Shown here one piece after another: positions 35,963 to 47,800 of a stretch of 64,000 bases of DNA (position 1 is the first letter of the stretch; each line of letters begins with the position of its first letter). The position numbers and the translations under genes are program-made. The notes under the pieces are model-generated. The model saw nothing but the letters and a program-made list of their open reading frames with translations, searched no databases and was not told the DNA's origin. The DNA is from a virus. The stretch is taken from positions 412 through 64,411 of IMG/VR virus record IMGVR_UViG_3300028029_000178, one strand, 5' to 3'.

Positions 35963-38900
35963 CTAATCTTTGTATGCACTTTGGTATAGACTATTTAGGC
36001 CTAAGGTAGCTCTATTTATATTTTCTTCATTATAAAGTCTATAAGTTTTCTCACTTTCTCTAATATTATCTGCTCCCCATACATCATAAACTCCTTTGAA
36101 TCCAAGTACATTTTTTGTAACCCATCTTTGTCTGACAGACAATCCTTTATACTTACCTCTTCTAATCTCTTCTCCATCAAAAAGTTTATAGGCTTGCATA
36201 AATTGCTTTCCTGTATCATAAGCCACAATAGGACTTTCAATCACACTGCTTAAATCTGTTAAAATAGATGGTGTAAAAGCAGTAGATGACTCATTAAGAA
36301 GTCTAGTTGTCAAATAAGAACTCATTTGCAAAGCATAAATATCTTCATTATCTGGGTCGCTTGCTGCTGCAAAAATTAAAGCTCCTAAAGTAACTAATAT
36401 TCCCATTGCTGCCATTTCTTTTGCAATTCTTTTCATATTTCTAACCTTCAATTCGTACTCTAGCCATTCACTATCACTAGCTCCTGGAGCAGGTGGTTTC
36501 AAAGATTTTTTTAAATTGTCTATTTTTTCAGACATATTTCCTTTTGTATTAAAGAAATCTGCCATTAGTCCAGATAATGTTCTGTAAGAACCTTCTTCTA
36601 GTAATCCAGAGTCAATATTCACATGTCTGCTTTTTAACCTGTTTTGTAAAAATATAGATAGGAATCCTCTGTGAAGAAGCATCATTGATCCAATAGCATC
36701 CCTTTGTGCTGCCAGCTTCATTTCCTGAGGTATAGTTGCATCAATATTACTTACCTGCATTCTAATATCCTTCATCATAAAAAGTTTTCTATTTTCCAAA
36801 TACTGTCTATCAGAAATAAGACTTTCTACTTTTGGGTCCCAATTGAAGCCAGTTTTTGTAAAATTCATATAATTATAAATAGCCTTGTCCTCAGAATTTT
36901 TCCATACAGTTTCTATTTCTGTTTTTGGTACCCCTTTTCTAGTTTGCTCTTGGAAATATTGAGTTTTTTTAAATATTTGTCCATCAATAATTCTATTATC
37001 AAACATTATAGATAGTGCAATTTTAGGAATAATAGGGTAGTTGGCCATTGTATGTAATCCCATAGCAGATTTTGAAAAAGCTCTTTGAAACTTATTATAC
37101 TTTGCATTTCTAGCTTTAGCACTAATATCATAGATACCAAAAGCTTGTCCTATAAGAAAAAGTTTAGAGTTGTCATTAAAATTCAAAGCTTGAGAACCCC
37201 CATCTTTAAAAAGTTTTTTATACTCTGCATTTGCTAATTTAGAAGAATCTCTATTTATTTTTTCTCCAATAATTTCTTCTACTTTTTTAGAAACCATTCC
37301 CGACAATAATCCAGTTAAAGGTACTGTAGTGTTGAATCCTAAATTCTTTAAACTTACATACTTTGTAAAAACTCTAGATAGTTTAGCCATATCCATACTG
37401 TAGTCAGTCCCTGGAACTTTTACTTCGTAAGCTCTATTTTCAATCTTACCATATATACTACTCTCTATATAAGAGTCAGCCATTTTTATAGTATTCTCAA
37501 GAGACTTACTTTTTGAATGACGTTTAGTTCTAAGAAGTATGTCGTATAAAGCATCTATATCAGAGATAACATTCTTTTTTGCTTTATACTCGTTTGCTCT
37601 AGATACAAATTGAGCTAGAGAAGAAATATAATCTGTAGATACATCTGAGGCATTTTCTAAGTCTCTTGTGTAGTATTTAGGTAGTTGTTTATTGTTTTCA
37701 AATCCTTTTTCTCCATAGGCTAAATCATCTACTCTATATTGAAAAGTCTCTTTAAGAAGTTCTTTAGCTGTATCTAGTTTATTTTTATTTCCTACTAAAG
37801 CTCTAATTTGCTCTGTAGTACTTTTTGATACTTGAATAGTTTTATAAGGATTAGCTCCTTTTTCTCCCATTTTTGCTAATCCTTTTTTACGAGCTTCTAT
37901 ATAAAGCCTCCTTGCTTCAAAAAGGCTTTTATTTTTAGTAGCATTCCCATTAGAATCTATGCCAAACTTGCTTATAAAATCTTTATTTACAAAAGTTCCT
38001 TTTTTAGGTTGTTGGAATCCCCCATCATACTTATCGTTATAATTAGGATTTTGAAATGGATTCCCCTCCTCTTCAAAAGAGTTGTCTATACGTACATCTA
38101 AATACTCATTATTGAAAATACTGTTAAGAATTTCTAAAATATTTTTTCCTTCATCGAGTTGTTCTTTCATTGATTTATAGCCCTCTGGTGCAAATCTGGT
38201 GTAATAAGGCATCAAATTGCTTTTAGCATAATTTAATTGTGTCTCCATCAGGTTTTTCCCTTGATACTTATTAAGTATCTTAGAGTCTGTCTCTGATAAA
38301 AGAAGGCCTGACTGATTTTTATAAAAGGCATTTTTTAGCTTATTTATTTGAGGTATATTAGTATGTTGGAATTCTATAACAAATTTTAATTCCTCTTCTG
38401 TACCTTGCTCTATACCCCTACGTTTTAACTCTTCAGTATATGCTATATTTGGAGCTTTTTCTCCTGCGGATTCTGATAATTCTGCTTTTGGTAATTTTAA
38501 ACCTTGTAGAGAATCTGAAATTTGATTTGATAAACTTTTAATAGACTCTTGGTCACTAATTGTCATTCTATCTATTTCAAAAGCTGAGGATGCATTTCTA
38601 TACATAGCCAAAAGAGAGTTTCTCTTGGCATATAATTCTTTTACTGCCTCTACTACTAATAACTTATCAGGATTCAACTCATTAAGAGTATTGCCTTTTA
38701 AGAAACTATCTCCATTTAAAGTGTCATAAAATTTTTGTGAAAGAGATACATCTAAATTAGATATAATCGTGTCTATCAATTCTTGGCTATTTAAAGAAGA
38801 GCTAACTGATTGAATATAATTTGCAAAATTTTCTTTAGACCTGGACTCTGAAGTCTTAGTCTTTGGATTATCTTTCAAATCCTCCATGTATTTATTATCT

Positions 38901-41479
38901 AAAACATGTAGGTCGAAAGATATATTTGCAAAATCTTTTTCACCTTGACTCATCTCTTGCGAAATACTTAGGGATAAAAATTGACCTGTTGGAAGAAGTA
39001 CACTTTTTTCTCCTTGAGGCTTATCTATTGATAGAGATAGTCCTTTTTTTAATAGTGATGTCTCTGAATATATATTTTTTCTAGCTTTTCTTATCTTAGA
39101 AATAGAATTAAGAGAATCTTTGTTCTCTGGAGATAAAACAACTCTTCTCTTTTCTACTCCTTCTTCATCTACAAAAGTTTCAGTAGCCTTAGCTTTTATT
39201 TCTCCCCTACTGGCAGAATTCTGTTTTAAGAAAGATTGAGTAGCACCAGAAATATCTAAAGTTTTATACTTTTCAAATTGTTTTTTGTAGTAATCTTCAT
39301 TCATTAAAGTTTCAAGAAGTGGCAATTGGTTTTTTTGCACTTGAGTTCTATACTCCCCATAAAGCTGCTCATTAAGAGGTTTTAATGTTATTTTAGAATC
39401 ATCGCTTTTACTCTCTTCCTCTGTAGTATTTTTTGCTTTTTTATATGCTTGTATATCTTTAAATTTCTGCCCTGATATTTTAGAAAAAGCCTCCATCTCT
39501 GCTTTAAGTAAAGCCTCTTCAAATCCTTTATGGTCTACTATATCTTCAAAATAACCATCTTTTACTAAAGACCCAAAATCTTTTATTAAATTTTGGTTTT
39601 CATCCATATAATTTAAGAAATCTGCTAGGTCTTCTTTTTTCTCTTGGTTAGCTTTCATATTCATCTCCCAAATCTTGCTACCAATCATATTTAAAATAGG
39701 ATTAGAAGCATGATGCAATTGACCAAAAAATGAAAATAGTTTATTTGTATCACTTACCTCGCCTTTTAAAACTTTTCTTACTTCCTCTCTGAAAAATTCA
39801 CTTTCTCCCTCTCCCATTTGGGCAGTAACCTCTTCTACCATTTGGTCTATATGTTCATCAGTGGTTTGGTCATTTAAAGCTCTTAATTCAGATATTCTTG
39901 AAGAGTTTTCTTTTAATTTTTGTCTAAGTTTAACTCTTTCTTGGCCATCTATGCCAGTTATAGGCGTATCTAACTCCACCGCTAAAGAATCTAAATGAGA
40001 TGCAATTTCTCCATCTAAATCTCTTAAAATAGCTGCGTTTTGTCCACTTAAAGATTTCCTCTTAGATTTAGAAGTTTTTATAGCTGATTCTGTAGTCTCA
40101 ATAAGTTTTGAAGACATCTCAATAAATCTACTAACAGCAACTGCTAATTCTCTTCCTTTTAAATTCTCAAAAGAAATATTTTTAAGTTCTCTTTTATAAG
40201 AGTTAAACTGTCTAAAATCAGTAATACTTTTAAAGGTCTTTGCAAAGACTCCTTGAGTTTCTAATACCTGGTCTGACAAAGAGTACATTAAGGCAATTTC
40301 CCTAGAGTTAGATAAACTATCCTCAGAAAAACTATGCCCATCTTGCTCTATAACAAATCTTTCTACAAGGCCATTTAATTGTTTTAGTTGGTCTTTATGT
40401 GCCTGAGTTGTATTTAAGTTTTTAAAGAATTTTCCAATAATAGATAAAATCCTACTAATAAAAGATTCATTTTTTTCTCCTACTTTATTAAGAGTTACAT
40501 TTTTAAGAATTTTACCTAAAATCTCTTTTTCTAATAGTTTTTGGTCTCCTTTAAATTGCTTATTATATTGTTCGTAATGGTCCTGATATTCTTGACTTTC
40601 TTTAATAAAGCTTGATAATTCTTGTATTTCTTCCTCAGATAAAGTTTCTACAATAAAATGCATAACCTCTTCAGTAAGATTATCTATAGTTAGGTTTCCA
40701 TCTTTAAAAGCTATCACTCTATTTGCAATATCAGCCAAAGCTTCAGCCGATGGAGGTATGCCTCCAGATTTTTCTTTAAATCTATCTTGGTATTGTTTTA
40801 AAGATATCACAGATACTCCCATATCTGAGAGAATCCTCATTAGGTTTAATTTTAGATTTTTCTCATCTATTTTAGATTTTTTATTTACTACTGTTCCAGC
40901 AGAAAAATAAGTTAGAAGTTTATCTGAAATCACTTTATGTAGAGAGCTTTCTGAAGAAGTCTTCCTAACTTTTTTCTCTATTTTTATTAAACCTTTCTTT
41001 ACACTATACTGATCTTTATCTAAAGATTCTTTAGCAGATTCTTTAAAAAACTCTAGTGAAATTTGTCTATCGTAATAGGTTTCTCCTACTGGGCTAAAAA
41101 AACTTTCTCCTTTATATACTACTTTTTCATCTGTAATAACTTTATTTATAATAAAAGAGTTTATTGTACCCTCAGTAGTCCTTTCATCAAGTGTAGAAGG
41201 AAGACTGGCAATTACTTTACCATTAGATACAATATCTATTGTTTTAGCCTCTGTTTGCTCTAAGGCCTCTTTAAAAGAATTATATGTAACACCATCTGCA
41301 ACTAATGTAAAAGAGCTCTCAGTATTTTTTAAAATCTCGTCATATATAGCTACGGCATCTTCTAAATTTGCTACATGTGGAAGTTGAGTTATTTTATTAA
41401 AAACTTTAGACTCCTTACCTTGGGAGTCTAAAACTTTAATTATCTTGCCTTCTGAATTTCTTTTTACTTTACAACTCAT
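35963..41479 (-). CDS. Very large virion-associated (probably ejected/cargo) protein, 1838 aa
   Basis: Helical, charged ORF with a hydrophobic segment near the C-terminus; last gene of the giant-ORF block. Function inferred from position. Confidence 0.6.
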   Translation of the reverse strand: MSCKVKRNSEGKIIKVLDSQGKESKVFNKITQLPHVANLEDAVAIYDEILKNTESSFTLVADGVTYNSFKEALEQTEAKTIDIVSNGKVIASLPSTLDERTTEGTINSFIINKVITDEKVVYKGESFFSPVGETYYDRQISLEFFKESAKESLDKDQYSVKKGLIKIEKKVRKTSSESSLHKVISDKLLTYFSAGTVVNKKSKIDEKNLKLNLMRILSDMGVSVISLKQYQDRFKEKSGGIPPSAEALADIANRVIAFKDGNLTIDNLTEEVMHFIVETLSEEEIQELSSFIKESQEYQDHYEQYNKQFKGDQKLLEKEILGKILKNVTLNKVGEKNESFISRILSIIGKFFKNLNTTQAHKDQLKQLNGLVERFVIEQDGHSFSEDSLSNSREIALMYSLSDQVLETQGVFAKTFKSITDFRQFNSYKRELKNISFENLKGRELAVAVSRFIEMSSKLIETTESAIKTSKSKRKSLSGQNAAILRDLDGEIASHLDSLAVELDTPITGIDGQERVKLRQKLKENSSRISELRALNDQTTDEHIDQMVEEVTAQMGEGESEFFREEVRKVLKGEVSDTNKLFSFFGQLHHASNPILNMIGSKIWEMNMKANQEKKEDLADFLNYMDENQNLIKDFGSLVKDGYFEDIVDHKGFEEALLKAEMEAFSKISGQKFKDIQAYKKAKNTTEEESKSDDSKITLKPLNEQLYGEYRTQVQKNQLPLLETLMNEDYYKKQFEKYKTLDISGATQSFLKQNSASRGEIKAKATETFVDEEGVEKRRVVLSPENKDSLNSISKIRKARKNIYSETSLLKKGLSLSIDKPQGEKSVLLPTGQFLSLSISQEMSQGEKDFANISFDLHVLDNKYMEDLKDNPKTKTSESRSKENFANYIQSVSSSLNSQELIDTIISNLDVSLSQKFYDTLNGDSFLKGNTLNELNPDKLLVVEAVKELYAKRNSLLAMYRNASSAFEIDRMTISDQESIKSLSNQISDSLQGLKLPKAELSESAGEKAPNIAYTEELKRRGIEQGTEEELKFVIEFQHTNIPQINKLKNAFYKNQSGLLLSETDSKILNKYQGKNLMETQLNYAKSNLMPYYTRFAPEGYKSMKEQLDEGKNILEILNSIFNNEYLDVRIDNSFEEEGNPFQNPNYNDKYDGGFQQPKKGTFVNKDFISKFGIDSNGNATKNKSLFEARRLYIEARKKGLAKMGEKGANPYKTIQVSKSTTEQIRALVGNKNKLDTAKELLKETFQYRVDDLAYGEKGFENNKQLPKYYTRDLENASDVSTDYISSLAQFVSRANEYKAKKNVISDIDALYDILLRTKRHSKSKSLENTIKMADSYIESSIYGKIENRAYEVKVPGTDYSMDMAKLSRVFTKYVSLKNLGFNTTVPLTGLLSGMVSKKVEEIIGEKINRDSSKLANAEYKKLFKDGGSQALNFNDNSKLFLIGQAFGIYDISAKARNAKYNKFQRAFSKSAMGLHTMANYPIIPKIALSIMFDNRIIDGQIFKKTQYFQEQTRKGVPKTEIETVWKNSEDKAIYNYMNFTKTGFNWDPKVESLISDRQYLENRKLFMMKDIRMQVSNIDATIPQEMKLAAQRDAIGSMMLLHRGFLSIFLQNRLKSRHVNIDSGLLEEGSYRTLSGLMADFFNTKGNMSEKIDNLKKSLKPPAPGASDSEWLEYELKVRNMKRIAKEMAAMGILVTLGALIFAAASDPDNEDIYALQMSSYLTTRLLNESSTAFTPSILTDLSSVIESPIVAYDTGKQFMQAYKLFDGEEIRRGKYKGLSVRQRWVTKNVLGFKGVYDVWGADNIRESEKTYRLYNEENINRATLGLNSLYQSAYKD

Positions 41480-41831
41480 TTTTAATGGGTAAATTTAATT
41501 TTATTATTCTAGCTCTATCTTGTGCTAATCTTTTTCCTACTGTTATATCTAATTTTTCTAATAATTTTTGATGACCTACTCCTTCATACTCTTCTACACT
41601 ACTAGGAAACTTTAAATTTTTTGGAAGACTACTTTTATATTTATCTTTATATTCTGTTAATGCCTCCATTATTATTGCACACTCTTCATATTGTTCTGAA
41701 TACTCATAATCTTTTAAAACCATAAGAGTGGAGTATACAGGGTACCTTTCTAGGAAAGATATATATCTTTTCCTTCTAGCAATCTGTTTTGCTTCCCTTA
41801 GTTGTGTTGATGTTTGTGCTTGTTCTGTCAA
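41469..41831 (-). CDS. Hypothetical protein (start uncertain)
   Basis: 120-aa ORF bridging two giant genes; TTG start. Confidence 0.5.
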   Translation of the reverse strand: MTEQAQTSTQLREAKQIARRKRYISFLERYPVYSTLMVLKDYEYSEQYEECAIIMEALTEYKDKYKSSLPKNLKFPSSVEEYEGVGHQKLLEKLDITVGKRLAQDRARIIKLNLPIKNEL

Positions 41832-44800
41832 TCTCTTTTTCTGATTTATGTGTATTAGTATTGAAAGGTGCTTGTACTTCTGTAATAATAAAGTTAGGAT
41901 CTATATTAGCAATGTGTTGGTAAACATAGCCACCTTGTTTATCAGAAAATACTTGTTCGTATACACTTTGTTCACGCCTAATAAAAGGCTTATTAATTTT
42001 AGTGAAAGATATTGTTTTATCATCTATTATTTTTGCTTGTGCCTTTGGCTCTATTAAGTTAGGATTATTTACAGCTTCCAAACGGGCACCCTCTTCTACA
42101 AAGATAGTTGTTTGAGCAGTCTCCTGCAAGTCTATATGTTTATTTATTAGAGAGTAGCTTATTAAATTTGGTAAAACATCTCCTAGTTCTTTTTCAAATT
42201 GCCCTATCTTCTCTCTAGTGAGGATATTATTTTTTAAAATGCCTTTATCTGTAATTTTAAAATGTTTTAATATTTTTTTATACAATACACTTCCTTTAGC
42301 TTTTTCCTCTGAAATAAATTGTGCAAAATCTCCTTTGAACTCCTCTCTTAAATATTGACTATTCACTACTTGGGGGATACTTTTTATTATAACTTCTTTA
42401 GGTTGAGTATTATAATATTTTTTAAGAATATCGATAGATGTTTTTGGCATTTTTTCCAAGAAATCCTCTAATGAAGAATACTGTTCTTGCATATGAGATG
42501 GAAGTGTACCCTTTTTATACTTTTCGTATAACCCCTCTAATAATTCAAGTACCGAACTACTTTTATCTATTTTTTTATAAAAATCGCCTATTACTCTTAT
42601 ATAGCCTAATTTAAACATTTGTTTCTCTGTTTCTGAAGTAGGGATATGGTATAAAGACTCTGTATCCATAGAACTGCTAACTAACTCATAAGAATTATTT
42701 AAACTGTTTTTAACTTTTTTAGCTAGATTTTTTATCTTAGCTTGAGTGGGAGAAGCTTTTAAATCAGCTACTTCCTCTGCAAAACTTTGATTTGTATCTA
42801 GAGGAATTTCCTCATTATTTTCATCAATTACATCTTGTAATAGATTTTCTATAGATGAGTCTGTGTGAATACTAGGTACTGGAGAGTTAGCCAATGCTGC
42901 TACCTCTACTTGATTTTTAAATTTAGTATTTTCATAATACTCTTGAATAAATACTTCGTCCCCAGTTGCTCTTACTTGAGCCTCTACATCTTTTAGTTCT
43001 TTGGCAAAAGATAGTTCTTTTAAGTATGAAATAATTAAATCTTGTTTTTCATTTTCCGTTAATTTTTTAGAGGCTGTAGACTCTCCAGAGTTCTTCTCTA
43101 TTAATTTTTTACTAAGGCTTATTTTTACTTTAGGAGATACAAATGCATCTTTATCTAAATTTATTACAATTTCTACTTTTTCTAAAAATTCCTCTTGTGA
43201 CATTTTACCTAGTTCAATTTCTGAAAAACTTCTAGTTGCTCCACTAAGAGATTTCAAAATTTTATCTATCTCTTTTGAGTTATCTTTAAGATTGTCTAAG
43301 TTAAATTGAGCAGGTTCCACTCCATTTTGTTTTAATAAATTTATTATGTTTGTAATCTTATCTTGCTCTCTTGCATCTGAATCTACTATGTCAATTACTT
43401 GTTCTCCTAAAGTAGAATTAGTTGGCGTTAACCCTACTGGGAATGCTATTTCAGTTTCTCCATGCTTTATAACTACATAAGGGGTGTTTGTATTTTTAGG
43501 AATAAAAGTCATTCTAACACCTTTATTTTCTCCTGACAATTTCCCTTTTTTAGCATATCCAAAACCTGTGATAATTTTGGCTTGTTTTTTAGTTATTTTG
43601 AAAATTTTAGCCGATCCATCAGAATTTAATTCTATATTTGGAGTACCTACAAAAGTCTTTTCTACTTCCACTTCATAAGGCAGAGAGATAACTGAGTTAA
43701 ACTCATCTTCCATTAGGCTTTCTATAGTAAGTTCTTTACTTTTTAAACTTTCTTGAAGTGAGATAAAAGCTGAATCACGAACTTTATTAAAATTTGAACC
43801 TTCTTCTTTTACCCCTGATTTTAAAAATCCTAAAACTGCGCCATTTCTATCTACTATATAAATAGACATTAATTTTTTGGCCTCCTCCATTTTTCCAGCT
43901 TCTACTAAAGATAGAATTTCCTCTACATTAAAAGTGTCTCTTAAATTTAACATGAAAGATACTTTATCTCCTGGCTTCAATTCATATATTTTTTGAGGTG
44001 CTAAAATACTAACTTCTGGGTTATTTACAAGATTGATTCCAAAATCACTTTTCATAGGAACCCCATCTTTAAATACATATCCCCATCCTGTTTTAGTGTT
44101 GTATTTTACAGTTTGCATACCCATACCTTTTAAGAAAGCTTTAGTATCCCCTTTAGATATAATAGTTCTATGGTGGTCTTTAGTGTATTGAATATCGAAT
44201 GTTTTTCCATCTTTTTCTAAAGAATATACATCTACAATTTCTGGTTCACTCTCTGTTCCTTTATTAACATTTTCTTCTTTTAATGAAACGTTAAAATCGC
44301 TATCTATTAAAGTTTCGAGACCTAGATGAGATATAGTTGTCTCTATACTATCTCGCCTAATGTTAACTTTGTCCATAGAGTTGACATAATCTGGATTGTT
44401 AGAATCTACAGAAAATTCTTTTTGGCCCTCTTCAGACATTTCTAAGTACTGTCCTACAGGCAATTGGACTCCCTCCTCTTGCAATTCTTGTTCATATGCC
44501 TCTATTTGGTCCAATAAGTCTTGTATAGAAACACCATTAGCATTAGTTCCAGTTACAATTCTCCAATTTAACATTTTTTGAGACAATTCTTGGTATCTTA
44601 GAATTTGTTCATCTGAAAAACCACTTCTCTCTTTCGTTCTAGCTCCTATTTTATCTAAAGTTCTTCCAATTAAAAGATTTATATCTCCTGCTTTGAAGTC
44701 ATCTCTTAATTTTTGATACTCATCAAGCTCCTCCTGAGTTGGTGCCTTATCTTGTACTAAATTTTTTGTATTGTTTGTGAAATTATCTAAGACGTGACTA

Positions 44801-47800
44801 TTTTCACCTACAAGTTTTTTTAAAGTTTCTTTTAATTTTTTTATTTTATCTTGTACTATATTTTTTGTAACTTCTTTTTCCTGAGTTGGGTCTACTCCTG
44901 AATCTTGGTCTGCCTCTTCCTGCTCATTTACAGCATCACTTGCAGCATCACTTGCAGCATCACTTGCAGCATCACTTTGATTAGTGTTCATTAATTTTTC
45001 TATTTTAGTAGAAAACTCTTTTTCCTCTTCTTGGGTTTTCTTTAATCTCTCTAAGAATTTTAAAGTAGTTTCTCCAGCAGTTTTCTTTTTCTGCATCATG
45101 GTCCCAACTCTTTTTAGTCCTAATTCTGGGTCTGTAATATCTTGTAATGTATCTGCATTTCGTTGCCACATTTCTAGACCGCTCTTGTACTCCTGCCCAA
45201 GTTTTGATACCCTTTTTACAAGTACAGGATTAGTTTTACCTAGATTTTTTAGAGTTTCATCTAGTTCTTTTAGACTATTTTGCATTTCTTCTAAGGTAGA
45301 TTGCTTGACTAATCCATCTCCCTCTAAAGGGTCTATTATGTCTAATCTAGCTGCTAAGGCTTTAGTAGCTGAATCTAAGTTATCTATTTCTGATTGCTTT
45401 GCTACTAGTTTTCCCTCTTTTTTAGCTACATCTAATTCTAACTCTTGTACTAGTTCTTTTACTCTAGTTATTTTATTAACTAAGGAATTATATTTGTCAG
45501 CATCTTTTTGGTTTCCCTTTGTTGAAGCTTTAGCTTTCTCTTGGTCAACTTTAAGAAGCTGTTTATTTAACTTTTTAAGCTGACGTTGTTTTGCTGATAG
45601 TCTGTTTTCTGACTTACCAAGAGCTTCTACATCTGATTTTTTTGATTTATTTATTTGGTGAAGTCTATCTAAAGCCTGTTTATGTTTAGCTGCAATTTGA
45701 GGAGATAGCTCAGAAAGAGCTTCTGTTATAGCTTTGTGAGCTCCGTCCATATTTTTCTCCATAACCTCTGTCATAACCATTTGGTAAGCTATGGCAGTTC
45801 TAACTACTCTGGGATCAATAGATTCTCCATTAATATCTAATTCTTTAGGATTATCAGAAACAATATAATCAGCAAATTCTTTTGCTGAATTATAGCTTTT
45901 TCCTAAATTTTCATACTCTGTTACAAGTTCGTCTATTTTTCCTTTTACTTCATTTTCTTCAATACCAAAATGGTCTGATATTTTAGAGGTATCTTGCATT
46001 TCAAGCCCCGCTCTAAAATCCTTTATTTGGCTATCTAAATAATCAAAATCTATAGCATTTTTAATAGATGTAAGCATTATTTTTCCTTGGGCATTAGCCA
46101 TACCCATTACATTACCTGCATCTTCAGCTTCACTAAGTTCTGTTTGGGCATTTTGAATTTCAGTAGCATGTGCTAAGTTCTCTTCAAATTTAGTAGCAAA
46201 AATTCTATCTGTTACCTTAGTCCCTAAATTATCATTAAGATTTTCAGCTTTTGCCACACTTGAAGCATCTTGGTCTTTTACAGACTCTCTAGCTTCTCTA
46301 AACAACCCTTGACCTGAAGCAACATTTGAACCTTCTCCTCCTAAAAGACCTATTAAAGCTCCTAATCCTACTTCTTTCCATCCTTCTTTTGTGCCATAGG
46401 TATGAGCCATTCCATCATATATGCTTTCAGCTATGCCCATAGCATCTTCACTAGGATTATATCTTGAAGTTAGATACTTTTCCATAGCAGAAGAAGAAGC
46501 AGCTTGACCGCCCTCTTCTACAACACCTTCATAAAAAGGGTTCTTTAAAATAGCTTTACTAAATCCTAAAGTTTTTTGAAGTTTATTTCTTTTAATTGCA
46601 GCACTTGCTAATCTTTGTCCATTTTTACCAAATTTAGTAGATTCTCCTATTCCAAAAAGAGTTTTATTAAGTTTTGCTCCTGGAAGTTTAAAAGGTGAAG
46701 ATACACCAAATGTTTTACCTAATATAGCAAAATTAGATGTTCCTACTAAAGCCATATTGGTTGCCCATAATGCATTTGTAGTTTTCCCTAAATTATCTTC
46801 AAAACCTGCGATCTCTTCGGCTGATGGCTCTCTTCCATTAAGGTGTTCGAAATCTCTATTAAAGGCATCTCTTTGTTCTTTTTGAAACATTCTTGCCTCC
46901 ATACCAGATTCAAATCCTGCTCCTGTATATGTAAATCGAGCTAAATTTAAAGTTTCACCTGCTTTCCCAAATTTATTTGCTAAGGCAGTACTATTTTTTA
47001 CAGCATTTAACCTACTGTAGGCTCTAGCTGTTTTCTGTGCATCTTTTACACCCTTTGTAAGAGCTTTTGCTGTATTAAAATATTTAGAGGCTCTTAGGCC
47101 TACTCTTGCTGCTGTAGTAGTAAGAGATGAACCTCCTGTACCTGCTGCCCATAAAGATTCAGAAATTACAGTACCTACCATAAATGACATTCCACCTAAA
47201 AAATCATCCGCCCAAAAATTAGCTGTACCCATAGATGAGAAAAATCCCATATCTCTCTCTTCTTGAGTTCTGTAGTTTGCTGCAAAAGTATCCATCTTAG
47301 TGTTTTGGTCATCTAAGAAATCATAAAATTCATTATCATATATATTTTCCCAATTACCCTCTGCAATTGCTGAGATAGCTCCATAGGCAGTTCCTAAAAC
47401 TCCTCCTATTACATTATCTGTTGTTTTACCTACAAATTTATTTACTCCATTAATCCACTTTGAAGAAGTACTTTGTCTTTCAGCATATAATTGTTCATTA
47501 TCAGCTCCCTTTATAAAACCTTCATCATACCTAGTTATATAACTTCCGTCACTTAACTTAGTGTAGGCCTCCTCCACATTTATTCTTTCCTCATTAAAAG
47601 ATATTTTATTATCTGAGGGCTTAAACATGTTAGAAAAATACCCAGCTTTTTCTTGTTCTGCATCCATTTCTTGTAAAAGAGATGGTGTTGCAGCTTTTGC
47701 TTTAATACTGTTGTGTATATAATCTACAGGGGAGAACTCTGGTTGCCCTGTTCCTGTATCTCCTGCTATTTGTTCTGTAAGTTGTGGAAAGTTATTATCT